From contig JAUCBJ010006599.1 in assembly GCA_032718475.1 (NCBI GenBank), positions 59,476 through 123,475 of the forward strand: a stretch of DNA of 64,000 bases, written 5' to 3'. The notes below the pieces were generated by a model. That model was not told the DNA's origin and made no database searches. It was given only the letters and a program-made list of their open reading frames with translations. Every line of letters begins with the position of its first letter. Within the stretch, counting starts at the first letter, position 1. A program made the translations under genes and the position numbers. Origin of the DNA: Nemertoderma westbladi (lineage: Eukaryota > Animalia > Xenacoelomorpha). Shown in pieces: positions 10,587-24,100 of this stretch.

Positions 10587-11511
10587 TTAAGTAATGTCTA
10601 ATAATATTATTGCATTGAAATACATAGCGTTGGTAGTGCCCATCCACAACTCACAAGTAATTTCATATTCTAGAATATTATTATAAAAGGGAATAGACCT
10701 ATTTTGCTATTTCGTAAATAGCTACATGTATAGCGCCCTCATTGCGGTATTCAATTGGCGATATTTGTGTTTTTTTTGTAAAAGTGACTTTCAGCAAATA
10801 AATCTGGGAATTTGTTTACTACTCGTAAATGCCACCACGCAGTACAACAAGTGTAATAAAGTATTGGACTGTTGGTTGGTATATATTATATAATATTTAC
10901 ATAGTTCTTTCTAATTATTATTTTTCGTGCTGATATTTTGAAAGATATTTCTATAATGGTATATGAATTCGACATAATTCACATTGTATAAATTTGGTTT
11001 TAGTGTGCATATTTTTTTTTAAGCAGTAAGTTGCTGATGCAGTTATGTAATCTACTTGTAACTTGATTTGATACGATAGATATTACTTTATAGAAGTTAC
11101 ATTTTACAAGTGATTGTAAAAGTTTCGCAAATATATTATTTACCTCCAATAATAAAGTTTTGCCGACCACCTAAGATATTAATTATTAGCCAATCCCACA
11201 AATATTTTAAATCTGTAAAAATTAAACGCCGAATTTGTAAGTATTCCACAATGTGTTCTGGTTGGTTAATAGTGTCTGACATGTAGGAAGCACACCACCA
11301 AGCTAAAATTATATTTATGGGGGTTTTCGGGGTCGCTGATTTAATTTCCGATGTCGGTTTTAATATTTGGTGGAATGTAGCCCCACCCCACCCCCTAAAT
11401 ATGTAATTGATGTGGTATTCATTCGCGATATAATATGATGATAAGGGTGGTGGGTGGAGGGGACACTCAATAAAATTCATACTTCTCCATGTCGTCGCTA
11501 ATAACAGCTTA

Positions 11512-11597
11512 TTACTCGAAAAAATTGATCTGTAACCTGTGCTATTGACTAGATTATTGTTTTGGTTAGAATAACGTGCCACTGTAACAGTTGCAAA
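11512..11597. repeat. Dispersed copy of the GGTTAGA-N12-TGTAAC motif (extended form, about 85 bp)
   Basis: TTACTCGAAAAAA..CTGTAACCTGTG..TTATTGTTTTGGTTAGAATAACGTGCCACTGTAACAG. The spacer is identical to that of the inverted copy at 55765-55850. Confidence 0.8.
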
Positions 11598-11930
11598 GTA
11601 ACAATAAAATAAATGGACATATAGCATAGCGGATAGGGCCTTACCTAAGTAACAGTTCTAATGCGTTTTGCTTTTGAATGACATATTTTTGTTATGGTAA
11701 GCACAGTGAATATAAATTTGTTTTTTATTCACGACAGAGTTTATATTCAAATTTTCGTCAACCCCCCCCCCCCCCCCCCCCGCGCCCCCTGTCTCACATC
11801 GTACGGCAGCGGTATAATTTACTTAAAGAAAGGTTCAAATTGTTAAATTTATTAAAATTATGTTTTGCAAAAACTTAAAATATAGTTAAAATGAACATTT
11901 ACAGTAACTCTAATAATATATGTGTAGTAG

Positions 11931-12117
11931 TTAAAATTTGCGCAGGAGTAAGGCCTTCATAAAGAGTGGATTCCAATAAAACACTGTTCCCAAGGCACCC
12001 ATAGCCACTCCGGCAGCAATCAATCCTTTCTTCCATAGAGGCATCCTAGAAGACCTAATTTCTACTTCCAGTTCACTATTATAATTCCTTCCATATTGTT
12101 GTTTTGCTATACGTCGC
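11931..12117 (-). CDS. Probable terminal coding exon of a tail-anchored membrane protein (upstream exons not identified)
   Basis: A pyrimidine-rich acceptor (TTTCATTGTTTCTTGTATCTAG) is followed by an open frame ending ...PLWKKGLIAAGVAMGALGTVFYWNPLFMKALLLRKF-stop, i.e. a hydrophobic segment flanked by basic residues. Confidence 0.5.
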
Positions 12118-15100
12118 CTAGATACAAGAAACAATGAAATATAAAAGGGCCTGTCAGTAGAAATAAAAAAAACTATAGGGAAAAATTATGTGAAAAAAAA
12201 TTAAACATAATAATGTACTAATACATTCTGCATATTTTTATTCCTGAAATGTAATTGTTTTTATATTTTGTTATTAAAAATAATGATTTATATTTTGACA
12301 TTTTACCAACCTATCGTATTGCAACTCTCCCTGCTCGGTGGGTTTTACTAACGTATCGTATTGCAACTCTTCCTGTTCGGTGGGTTTTACTAACCTATAG
12401 TATTGCAACTCTCCCTGCTCGGTGGGTTTTACTAACGTATCCTATTGCAACTCTCTCTGCTCGGTGGGTTTTACTAACCTATAGTATTGCAACTCTCCCT
12501 GCTCGGTGGGTTTTACTAACCTATTGTATTGCAACTCTCCCTGCGGGTGGGTTTTACTAACCTATAGTATTGCAGCTCTTCCTGCTCGGTGGGTTTTACT
12601 AACCTATCCTATTGCAACTCTCCCTGCTCGGTGGGTTTTACTAACCTATCCTATTGTAACTCTCCCTGCTCGGTGGGTTTTACTAACCTATCCTATTGCA
12701 ACTCTTCCTGTTCGGTGGGTTTTACTAACCTATCGTATTGCAACTCTTCCTGTTCGGTGGGTTTTACTAACCTATAGTATTGCAACTCTCCCTGCTCGGT
12801 GGGTTTTACTAACGTATCCTATTGCAACTCTCTCTGCTCGGTGGGTTTTACTAACCTATAGTATTGCAACTCTCCCTGCTCGGTGGGTTTTACTAACCTA
12901 TTGTATTGCAACTCTCCCTGCGGGTGGGTTTTACTAACCTATAGTATTGCAACTCTTCCTGCTCGGTGGGTTTTACTAACCTATCCTATTGCAACTCTCC
13001 CTGCTCGGTGGGTTTTACTAACCTATCCTATTGTAACTCTCCCTGCTCGGTGGGTTTTACTAACCTATCATATTGCAACTCTTCCTGTTCGGTGGGTTTT
13101 ACTAACCTATCGTATTGCAACTCTCCCTGCTCGGTGGGTTTTACTAACCTATCCTATTGTAACTCTCCCCCTGCTCGGTGGGTTTTACTAACCTATAGTA
13201 TTGCAACTCTCCCTGCTCGGTGGGTTTTACTAACCTATAGTATTGCAACTCTCCCTGCGGGTGGGTTTTACTAACCTATAGTATTGCAACTCTCCCTGCT
13301 CGGTGGGTTTTACTAACCTATCCTATTGCAACTCTCCCTGCTCGGTGGGTTTTACTAACCTATCCTATTGTAACTCTCCCTGCTCGGTGGGTTTTACTAA
13401 CCTATCCTATTGCAACTCTTCCTGTTCGGTGGGTTTTACTAACCTATCGTATTGCAACTCTCCCTGCTCGGTGGGTTTTACTAACCTATCCTATTGCAAC
13501 TCTCCCTGCTCGGTGGGTTTTACTAACCTATCCTATTGCAACTCTCCCTGCTCGGTGGGTTTTACTAACCTATCCTACTGTAACTCTCCCTGCTCGGTGG
13601 GTTTTAATAACCTATAGTATTGCAATTCTTACTGCTCGGTGAGTTTTACTAACCTATCCTATTGCAACTCTCCCTGCTCGGTGGGTTTTACTAACCTATC
13701 GTATTGCAACTCTTCCTGCTCGGTGGGTTTTACTAACCTATCCTACTGTAACTCTCCCTGCTCGGTGGGTTTTACTAACCTATAGTATTGCAACTCTTCC
13801 TGCTCGGTAGGTTTTACTAACCTATAGTATTGCAACTCTTCCTGCTCGGTGGGTTTTACTAACCTATCGTATTGCAACTCTCCCTGCTCGGTGGGTTTTA
13901 CTAACCTATAGTATTGCAACTCTCCCTGCTCGGTGGGTTTTACTAACCTATCCTATTGCAACTCTCCCTGCTCGGTGGGTTTTACTAACCTATCCTATTG
14001 CAACTCTCCCTGCTCGGTGGGTATTACTAACCTATAGTATTGCAACTATCCCTGCTCGGTGGGTTTTACTAACCTATCCTATTGTAACTCGCCCTGCTCG
14101 TTGGGTTTTACTAACCTATCCTATTGCAACTCTTCCTGCTCGGTGGGTTTTACTAACTTATCCTATTGCAACTCTCTCCGCTCGGTGGGTTTTACTAACC
14201 TATCCTATTGCAACTCTCCCTGCTCGGTGGGTTTTACTAACCTATCGTATTGCAACTCTCCCTGCTCGGTGGGTTTTACTAACCTATCGTATTGCAATTC
14301 TCCCTGCTCGGTGGGTTTTACTAACCTATATAGTATTGCAACTCTTCCTGCTCGGTGTGTTTTACTAACCTATCCTATTGTAACTCTCCCTGCTCGGTGT
14401 GTTTTACTAACCTATCCTATTGTAACTCTCCTTGCTCGTTGGGTTTTACTAACCTATCCTATTGCAACTCTCCCTGCTCGGTGGGTTTTACTAACCTATC
14501 ATATTGCAACTTCCCCTGCTCGGTGGGTTTTACTAACCTATCCTATTGCAGCTCTCCCTGCTCGGTGGGTTTTACTAACCTATCCTATTGCAACTCTCCC
14601 CGCTCGGTGGGTTTTACTAACCTATCCTATTGCAACTCTCCCTGCTCGGTGGGTTTTACTAACCTATCATATTGCAACTCTCCCCGCTCGGTGGGTTTTA
14701 CTAACCTATCCTATTGCAACTCTCCCTGCTCGGTGGGTTTTACTAACCTATCCTATTGCAACTCTCTCCGCTCGGTGGGTTTTACTAACTTATCCTATTG
14801 CAACTCTTCCTGCTCGGTGGGTTTTACTAACTTATCCTATTGCAACTCTCTCCGCTCGGTGGGTTTTACTAACCTATCCTATTGCAACTCTCCCTGCTCG
14901 GTGGGTTTTACTAACCTATCCTATTGTAACTCTCCCTGCTCGGTGGGTTTTACTAACCTATCCTATTGCAACTCTTCCTGTTCGGTGGGTTTTACTAACC
15001 TATCGTATTGCAACTCTCCCTGCTCGGTGGGTTTTACTAACCTATCCTATTGTAACTCTCCCCCTGCTCGGTGGGTTTTACTAACCTATAGTATTGCAAC

Positions 15101-18100
15101 TCTCCCTGCTCGGTGGGTTTTACTAACCTATAGTATTGCAACTCTCCCTGCGGGTGGGTTTTACTAACCTATAGTATTGCAACTCTCCCTGCTCGGTGGG
15201 TTTTACTAACCTATCCTATTGCAACTCTCCCTGCTCGGTGGGTTTTACTAACCTATCCTATTGTAACTCTCCCTGCTCGGTGGGTTTTACTAACCTATCC
15301 TATTGCAACTCTTCCTGTTCGGTGGGTTTTACTAACCTATCGTATTGCAACTCTCCCTGCTCGGTGGGTTTTACTAACCTATCCTATTGCAACTCTCCCT
15401 GCTCGGTGGGTTTTACTAACCTATCCTATTGCAACTCTCCCTGCTCGGTGGGTTTTACTAACCTATCCTACTGTAACTCTCCCTGCTCGGTGGGTTTTAA
15501 TAACCTATAGTATTGCAATTCTTACTGCTCGGTGAGTTTTACTAACCTATCCTATTGCAACTCTCCCTGCTCGGTGGGTTTTACTAACCTATCGTATTGC
15601 AACTCTTCCTGCTCGGTGGGTTTTACTAACCTATCCTACTGTAACTCTCCCTGCTCGGTGGGTTTTACTAACCTATAGTATTGCAACTCTTCCTGCTCGG
15701 TAGGTTTTACTAACCTATAGTATTGCAACTCTTCCTGCTCGGTGGGTTTTACTAACCTATCGTATTGCAACTCTCCCTGCTCGGTGGGTTTTACTAACCT
15801 ATAGTATTGCAACTCTCCCTGCTCGGTGGGTTTTACTAACCTATCCTATTGCAACTCTCCCTGCTCGGTGGGTTTTACTAACCTATCCTATTGCAACTCT
15901 CCCTGCTCGGTGGGTATTACTAACCTATAGTATTGCAACTATCCCTGCTCGGTGGGTTTTACTAACCTATCCTATTGTAACTCGCCCTGCTCGTTGGGTT
16001 TTACTAACCTATCCTATTGCAACTCTTCCTGCTCGGTGGGTTTTACTAACTTATCCTATTGCAACTCTCTCCTGCTCGGTGGGTTTTACTAACCTATCCT
16101 ATTGCAACTCTCCCTGCTCGGTGGGTTTTACTAACCTATCGTATTGCAACTCTCCCTGCTCGGTGGGTTTTACTAACCTATCGTATTGCAATTCTCCCTG
16201 CTCGGTGGGTTTTACTAACCTATATAGTATTGCAACTCTTCCTGCTCGGTGTGTTTTACTAACCTATCCTATTGTAACTCTCCCTGCTCGGTGTGTTTTA
16301 CTAACCTATCCTATTGTAACTCTCCTTGCTCGTTGGGTTTTACTAACCTATCCTATTGCAACTCTCCCTGCTCGGTGGGTTTTACTAACCTATCATATTG
16401 CAACTTCCCCTGCTCGGTGGGTTTTACTAACCTATCCTATTGCAGCTCTCCCTGCTCGGTGGGTTTTACTAACCTATCCTATTGCAACTCTCCCCGCTCG
16501 GTGGGTTTTACTAACCTATCCTATTGCAACTCTCCCTGCTCGGTGGGTTTTACTAACCTATCATATTGCAACTCTCCCCGCTCGGTGGGTTTTACTAACC
16601 TATCCTATTGCAACTCTCCCTGCTCGGTGGGTTTTACTAACCTATCCTATTGCAACTCTCTCCGCTCGGTGGGTTTTACTAACTTATCCTATTGCAACTC
16701 TTCCTGCTCGGTGGGTTTTACTAACTTATCCTATTGCAACTCTCTCCGCTCGGTGGGTTTTACTAACCTATCCTATTGCAACTCTCCCTGCTCGGTGGGT
16801 TTTACTAACCTATCCTATTGTAACTCTCCCTGCTCGGTGGGTTTTACTAACCTATCCTATTGCAACTCTTCCTGTTCGGTGGGTTTTACTAACCTATCGT
16901 ATTGCAACTCTCCCTGCTCGGTGGGTTTTACTAACCTATCCTATTGTAACTCTCCCCCTGCTCGGTGGGTTTTACTAACCTATAGTATTGCAACTCTCCC
17001 TGCTCGGTGGGTTTTACTAACCTATAGTATTGCAACTCTCCCTGCGGGTGGGTTTTACTAACCTATAGTATTGCAACTCTCCCTGCTCGGTGGGTTTTAC
17101 TAACCTATCCTATTGCAACTCTCCCTGCTCGGTGGGTTTTACTAACCTATCCTATTGTAACTCTCCCTGCTCGGTGGGTTTTACTAACCTATCCTATTGC
17201 AACTCTTCCTGTTCGGTGGGTTTTACTAACCTATCGTATTGCAACTCTCCCTGCTCGGTGGGTTTTACTAACCTATCCTATTGCAACTCTCCCTGCTCGG
17301 TGGGTTTTACTAACCTATCCTATTGCAACTCTCCCTGCTCGGTGGGTTTTACTAACCTATCCTACTGTAACTCTCCCTGCTCGGTGGGTTTTAATAACCT
17401 ATAGTATTGCAATTCTTACTGCTCGGTGGGTTTTACTAACCTATCCTATTGCAACTCTCCCTGCTCGGTGGGTTTTACTAACCTATCGTATTGCAACTCT
17501 TCCTGCTCGGTGGGTTTTACTAACCTATCCTACTGTAACTCTCCCTGCTCGGTGGGTTTTACTAACCTATAGTATTGCAACTCTTCCTGCTCGGTAGGTT
17601 TTACTAACCTATAGTATTGCAACTCTTCCTGCTCGGTGGGTTTTACTAACCTATCGTATTGCAACTCTCCCTGCTCGGTGGGTTTTACTAACCTATAGTA
17701 TTGCAACTCTCCCTGCTCGGTGGGTTTTACTAACCTATCCTATTGCAACTCTCCCTGCTCGGTGGGTTTTACTAACCTATCCTATTGCAACTCTCCCTGC
17801 TCGGTGGGTATTACTAACCTATAGTATTGCAACTATCCCTGCTCGGTGGGTTTTACTAACCTATCCTATTGTAACTCGCCCTGCTCGTTGGGTTTTACTA
17901 ACCTATCCTATTGCAACTCTCCCTGCTCTGTGGGTTTTACTAACCTGTCGTATTGCAACTCTCCCTGCTCGGTGGGTTTTACTAACCTATCCTATTGCAA
18001 ATCTCCCTGCTCGGTGGGTTTTACTAACCTATCCTATTGCAACTCTCCCTGCTCGGTGGGTTTTACTAACCTATCGTATAGCAACTCTCCCTGCTCGGTG

Positions 18101-21100
18101 GGTTTTACTAACCTATCGTATTGCAATTCTCCCTGCTCGGTGGGTTTTACTAACCTATATAGTATTGCAACTCTTCCTGCTCGGTGTGTTTTACTAACCT
18201 ATCCTATTGTAACTCTCCCTGCTCGGTGTGTTTTACTAACCTATCCTATTGTAACTCTCCTTGCTCGTTGGGTTTTACTAACCTATCCTATTGCAACTCT
18301 CCCTGCTCGGTGGGTTTTACTAACCTATCATATTGCAACTTCCCCTGCTTGGTGGGTTTTACTAACCTATCCTATTGCAGCTCTCCCTGCTCGGTGGGTT
18401 TTACTAACCTATCCTATTGCAACTCTCCCCGCTCGGTGGGTTTTACTAACCTATCCTATTGCAACTCTCCCTGCTCGGTGGGTTTTACTAACCTATCATA
18501 TTGCAACTCTCCCCGCTCGGTGGGTTTTACTAACCTATCCTATTGCAACTCTCCCTGCTCGGTGGGTTTTACTAACCTATCCTATTGCAACTCTCTCCGC
18601 TCGGTGGGTTTTACTAACTTATCCTATTGCAACTCTCTCTGCTCGGTGGGTTTTACTAACATATCCTATTGCAACTCTCCCTGCTCGGTGGGTTTTACTA
18701 ACCTATCCTATTGCAACTCTCCCCCTGCTCGGTGGGTTTTACTAACCTATAGTATTGCAACTCTCCCTGCTCGGTGGGTTTTACTAACCTATAGTATTGC
18801 AACTCTCCCTGCGGGTGGGTTTTACTAACCTATAGTATTGCAACTCTCCCTGCTCGGTGGGTTTTACTAACCTATCCTATTGCAACTATCCCTGCTCGGT
18901 GGGTTTTACTAACCTATCCTATTGTAACTCTCCCTGCTCGGTGGGTTTTACTAACCTATCCTATTGCAACTCTTCCTGTTCGGTGGGTTTTACTAACCTA
19001 TCGTATTGCAACTCTCCCTGCTCGGTGGGTTTTACTAACCTATCCTATTGCAACTCTTCCTGTTCGGTGGGTTTTACTAACCTATCGTATTGCAACTCTT
19101 CCTGTTCGGTGGGTTTTACTAACCTATAGTATTGCAACTCTCCCTGCTCGGTGGGTTTTACTAACGTATCCTATTGCAACTCTCTCTGCTCGGTGGGTTT
19201 TACTAACCTATAGTATTGCAACTCTTCCTGCTCGGTGGGTTTTACTAACCTATCCTATTGCAACTCTCCCTGCTCGGTGGGTTTTACTAACCTATCCTAT
19301 TGTAACTCTCCCTGCTCGGTGGGTTTTACTAACCTATCCTATTGTAACTCTCCCTGCTCGGTGTGTTTTACTAACCTATCCTATTGTAACTCTCCTTGCT
19401 CGTTGGGTTTTACTAACCTATCCTATTGCAACTCTCCCTGCTCGGTGGGTTTTACTAACCTATCATATTGCAACTTCCCCTGCTCGGTGGGTTTTACTAA
19501 CCTATCCTATTGCAGCTCTCCCTGCTCGGTGGGTTTTACTAACCTATCCTATTGCAACTCTCCCCGCTCGGTGGGTTTTACTAACCTATCCTATTGCAAC
19601 TCTCCCTGCTCGGTGGGTTTTACTAACCTATCATATTGCAACTCTCCCCGCTCGGTGTGTTTTACTAACCTATCCTATTGCAACTCTCCCTGCTCGGTGG
19701 GTTTTACTAACCTATCCTATTGCAACTCTCTCCGCTCGGTGGGTTTTACTAACTTATCCTATTGCAACTCTTCCTGCTCGGTGGGTTTTACTAACTTATC
19801 CTATTGCAACTCTCTCCGCTCGGTGGGTTTTACTAACCTATCCTATTGCAACTCTCCCTGCTCGGTGGGTTTTACTAACCTATCCTATTGTAACTCTCCC
19901 TGCTCGGTGGGTTTTACTAACCTATCCTATTGCAACTCTTCCTGTTCGGTGGGTTTTACTAACCTATCGTATTGCAACTCTCCCTGCTCGGTGGGTTTTA
20001 CTAACCTATCCTATTGTAACTCTCCCCCTGCTCGGTGGGTTTTACTAACCTATAGTATTGCAACTCTCCCTGCTCGGTGGGTTTTACTAACCTATAGTAT
20101 TGCAACTCTCCCTGCGGGTGGGTTTTACTAACCTATAGTATTGCAACTCTCCCTGCTCGGTGGGTTTTACTAACCTATCCTATTGCAACTCTCCCTGCTC
20201 GGTGGGTTTTACTAACCTATCCTATTGTAACTCTCCCTGCTCGGTGGGTTTTACTAACCTATCCTATTGCAACTCTTCCTGTTCGGTGGGTTTTACTAAC
20301 CTATCGTATTGCAACTCTCCCTGCTCGGTGGGTTTTACTAACCTATCCTATTGCAACTCTCCCTGCTCGGTGGGTTTTACTAACCTATCCTATTGCAACT
20401 CTCCCTGCTCGGTGGGTTTTACTAACCTATCCTACTGTAACTCTCCCTGCTCGGTGGGTTTTAATAACCTATAGTATTGCAATTCTTACTGCTCGGTGGG
20501 TTTTACTAACCTATCCTATTGCAACTCTCCCTGCTCGGTGGGTTTTACTAACCTATCGTATTGCAACTCTTCCTGCTCGGTGGGTTTTACTAACCTATCC
20601 TACTGTAACTCTCCCTGCTCGGTGGGTTTTACTAACCTATAGTATTGCAACTCTTCCTGCTCGGTAGGTTTTACTAACCTATCCTATTGCAACTATCCCT
20701 GCTCGGTGGGTTTTACTAACCTATCCTATTGTAACTCTCCCTGCTCGGTGGGTTTTACTAACCTATCCTATTGCAACTCTCCCTGCTCGGTGGGTTTTAC
20801 TAACCTATCATATTGCAACTCTCCCCGCTCGGTGGGTTTTACTAACCTATCCTATTGCAACTCTCCCTGCTCGGTGGGTTTTACTAACCTATCCTATTGC
20901 AACTCTCTCCGCTCGGTGGGTTTTACTAACTTATCCTATTGCAACTCTCTCTGCTCGGTGGGTTTTACTAACATATCCTATTGCAACTCTCCCTGCTCGG
21001 TGGGTTTTACTAACCTATCCTATTGCAACTCTCCCCCTGCTCGGTGGGTTTTACTAACCTATAGTATTGCAACTCTCCCTGCTCGGTGGGTTTTACTAAC

Positions 21101-24100
21101 CTATAGTATTGCAACTCTCCCTGCGGGTGGGTTTTACTAACCTATAGTATTGCAACTCTCCCTGCTCGGTGGGTTTTACTAACCTATCCTATTGCAACTA
21201 TCCCTGCTCGGTGGGTTTTACTAACCTATCCTATTGTAACTCTCCCTGCTCGGTGGGTTTTACTAACCTATCCTATTGCAACTCTTCCTGTTCGGTGGGT
21301 TTTACTAACCTATCGTATTGCAACTCTCCCTGCTCGGTGGGTTTTACTAACCTATCCTATTGCAACTCTTCCTGTTCGGTGGGTTTTACTAACCTATCGT
21401 ATTGCAACTCTTCCTGTTCGGTGGGTTTTACTAACCTATAGTATTGCAACTCTCCCTGCTCGGTGGGTTTTACTAACGTATCCTATTGCAACTCTCTCTG
21501 CTCGGTGGGTTTTACTAACCTATAGTATTGCAACTCTTCCTGCTCGGTGGGTTTTACTAACCTATCCTATTGCAACTCTCCCTGCTCGGTGGGTTTTACT
21601 AACCTATCCTATTGTAACTCTCCCTGCTCGGTGGGTTTTACTAACCTATCCTATTGTAACTCTCCCTGCTCGGTGTGTTTTACTAACCTATCCTATTGTA
21701 ACTCTCCTTGCTCGTTGGGTTTTACTAACCTATCCTATTGCAACTCTCCCTGCTCGGTGGGTTTTACTAACCTATCATATTGCAACTTCCCCTGCTCGGT
21801 GGGTTTTACTAACCTATCCTATTGCAGCTCTCCCTGCTCGGTGGGTTTTACTAACCTATCCTATTGCAACTCTCCCCGCTCGGTGGGTTTTACTAACCTA
21901 TCCTATTGCAACTCTCCCTGCTCGGTGGGTTTTACTAACCTATCATATTGCAACTCTCCCCGCTCGGTGTGTTTTACTAACCTATCCTATTGCAACTCTC
22001 CCTGCTCGGTGGGTTTTACTAACCTATCCTATTGCAACTCTCTCCGCTCGGTGGGTTTTACTAACTTATCCTATTGCAACTCTTCCTGCTCGGTGGGTTT
22101 TACTAACTTATCCTATTGCAACTCTCTCCGCTCGGTGGGTTTTACTAACCTATCCTATTGCAACTCTCCCTGCTCGGTGGGTTTTACTAACCTATCCTAT
22201 TGTAACTCTCCCTGCTCGGTGGGTTTTACTAACCTATCCTATTGCAACTCTTCCTGTTCGGTGGGTTTTACTAACCTATCGTATTGCAACTCTCCCTGCT
22301 CGGTGGGTTTTACTAACCTATCCTATTGTAACTCTCCCCCTGCTCGGTGGGTTTTACTAACCTATAGTATTGCAACTCTCCCTGCTCGGTGGGTTTTACT
22401 AACCTATAGTATTGCAACTCTCCCTGCGGGTGGGTTTTACTAACCTATAGTATTGCAACTCTCCCTGCTCGGTGGGTTTTACTAACCTATCCTATTGCAA
22501 CTCTCCCTGCTCGGTGGGTTTTACTAACCTATCCTATTGTAACTCTCCCTGCTCGGTGGGTTTTACTAACCTATCCTATTGCAACTCTTCCTGTTCGGTG
22601 GGTTTTACTAACCTATCGTATTGCAACTCTCCCTGCTCGGTGGGTTTTACTAACCTATCCTATTGCAACTCTCCCTGCTCGGTGGGTTTTACTAACCTAT
22701 CCTATTGCAACTCTCCCTGCTCGGTGGGTTTTACTAACCTATCCTACTGTAACTCTCCCTGCTCGGTGGGTTTTAATAACCTATAGTATTGCAATTCTTA
22801 CTGCTCGGTGGGTTTTACTAACCTATCCTATTGCAACTCTCCCTGCTCGGTGGGTTTTACTAACCTATCGTATTGCAACTCTTCCTGCTCGGTGGGTTTT
22901 ACTAACCTATCCTACTGTAACTCTCCCTGCTCGGTGGGTTTTACTAACCTATAGTATTGCAACTCTTCCTGCTCGGTAGGTTTTACTAACCTATAGTATT
23001 GCAACTCTTCCTGCTCGGTGGGTTTTACTAACCTATCGTATTGCAACTCTCCCTGCTCGGTGGGTTTTACTAACCTATAGTATTGCAACTCTCCCTGCTC
23101 GGTGGGTTTTACTAACCTATCCTATTGCAACTCTCCCTGCTCGGTGGGTTTTACTAACCTATCCTATTGCAACTCTCCCTGCTCGGTGGGTATTACTAAC
23201 CTATAGTATTGCAACTATCCCTGCTCGGTGGGTTTTACTAACCTATCCTATTGTAACTCGCCCTGCTCGTTGGGTTTTACTAACCTATCCTATTGCAACT
23301 CTCCCTGCTCGGTGGGTTTTACTAACCTGTCGTATTGCAACTCTCCCTGCTCGGTGGGTTTTACTAACCTATCCTATTGCAGCTCTCCCTGCTCGGTGGG
23401 TTTTACTAACCTATCCTATTGCAACTCTCCCCGCTCGGTGGGTTTTACTAACCTATCCTATTGCAACTCTCCCTGCTCGGTGGGTTTTACTAACCTATCA
23501 TATTGCAACTCTCCCCGCTCGGTGGGTTTTACTAACCTATCCTATTGCAACTCTCCCTGCTCGGTGGGTTTTACTAACCTATCCTATTGCAACTCTCTCC
23601 GCTCGGTGGGTTTTACTAACTTATCCTATTGCAACTCTTCCTGCTCGGTGGGTTTTACTAACTTATCCTATTGCAACTCTCTCCGCTCGGTGGGTTTTAC
23701 TAACCTATCCTATTGCAACTCTCCCTGCTCGGTGGGTTTTACTAACCTATCCTATTGTAACTCTCCCTGCTCGGTGGGTTTTACTAACCTATCCTATTGC
23801 AACTCTTCCTGTTCGGTGGGTTTTACTAACCTATCGTATTGCAACTCTCCCTGCTCGGTGGGTTTTACTAACCTATCCTATTGTAACTCTCCCCCTGCTC
23901 GGTGGGTTTTACTAACCTATAGTATTGCAACTCTCCCTGCTCGGTGGGTTTTACTAACCTATAGTATTGCAACTCTCCCTGCGGGTGGGTTTTACTAACC
24001 TATAGTATTGCAACTCTCCCTGCTCGGTGGGTTTTACTAACCTATCCTATTGCAACTCTCCCTGCTCGGTGGGTTTTACTAACCTATCCTATTGTAACTC

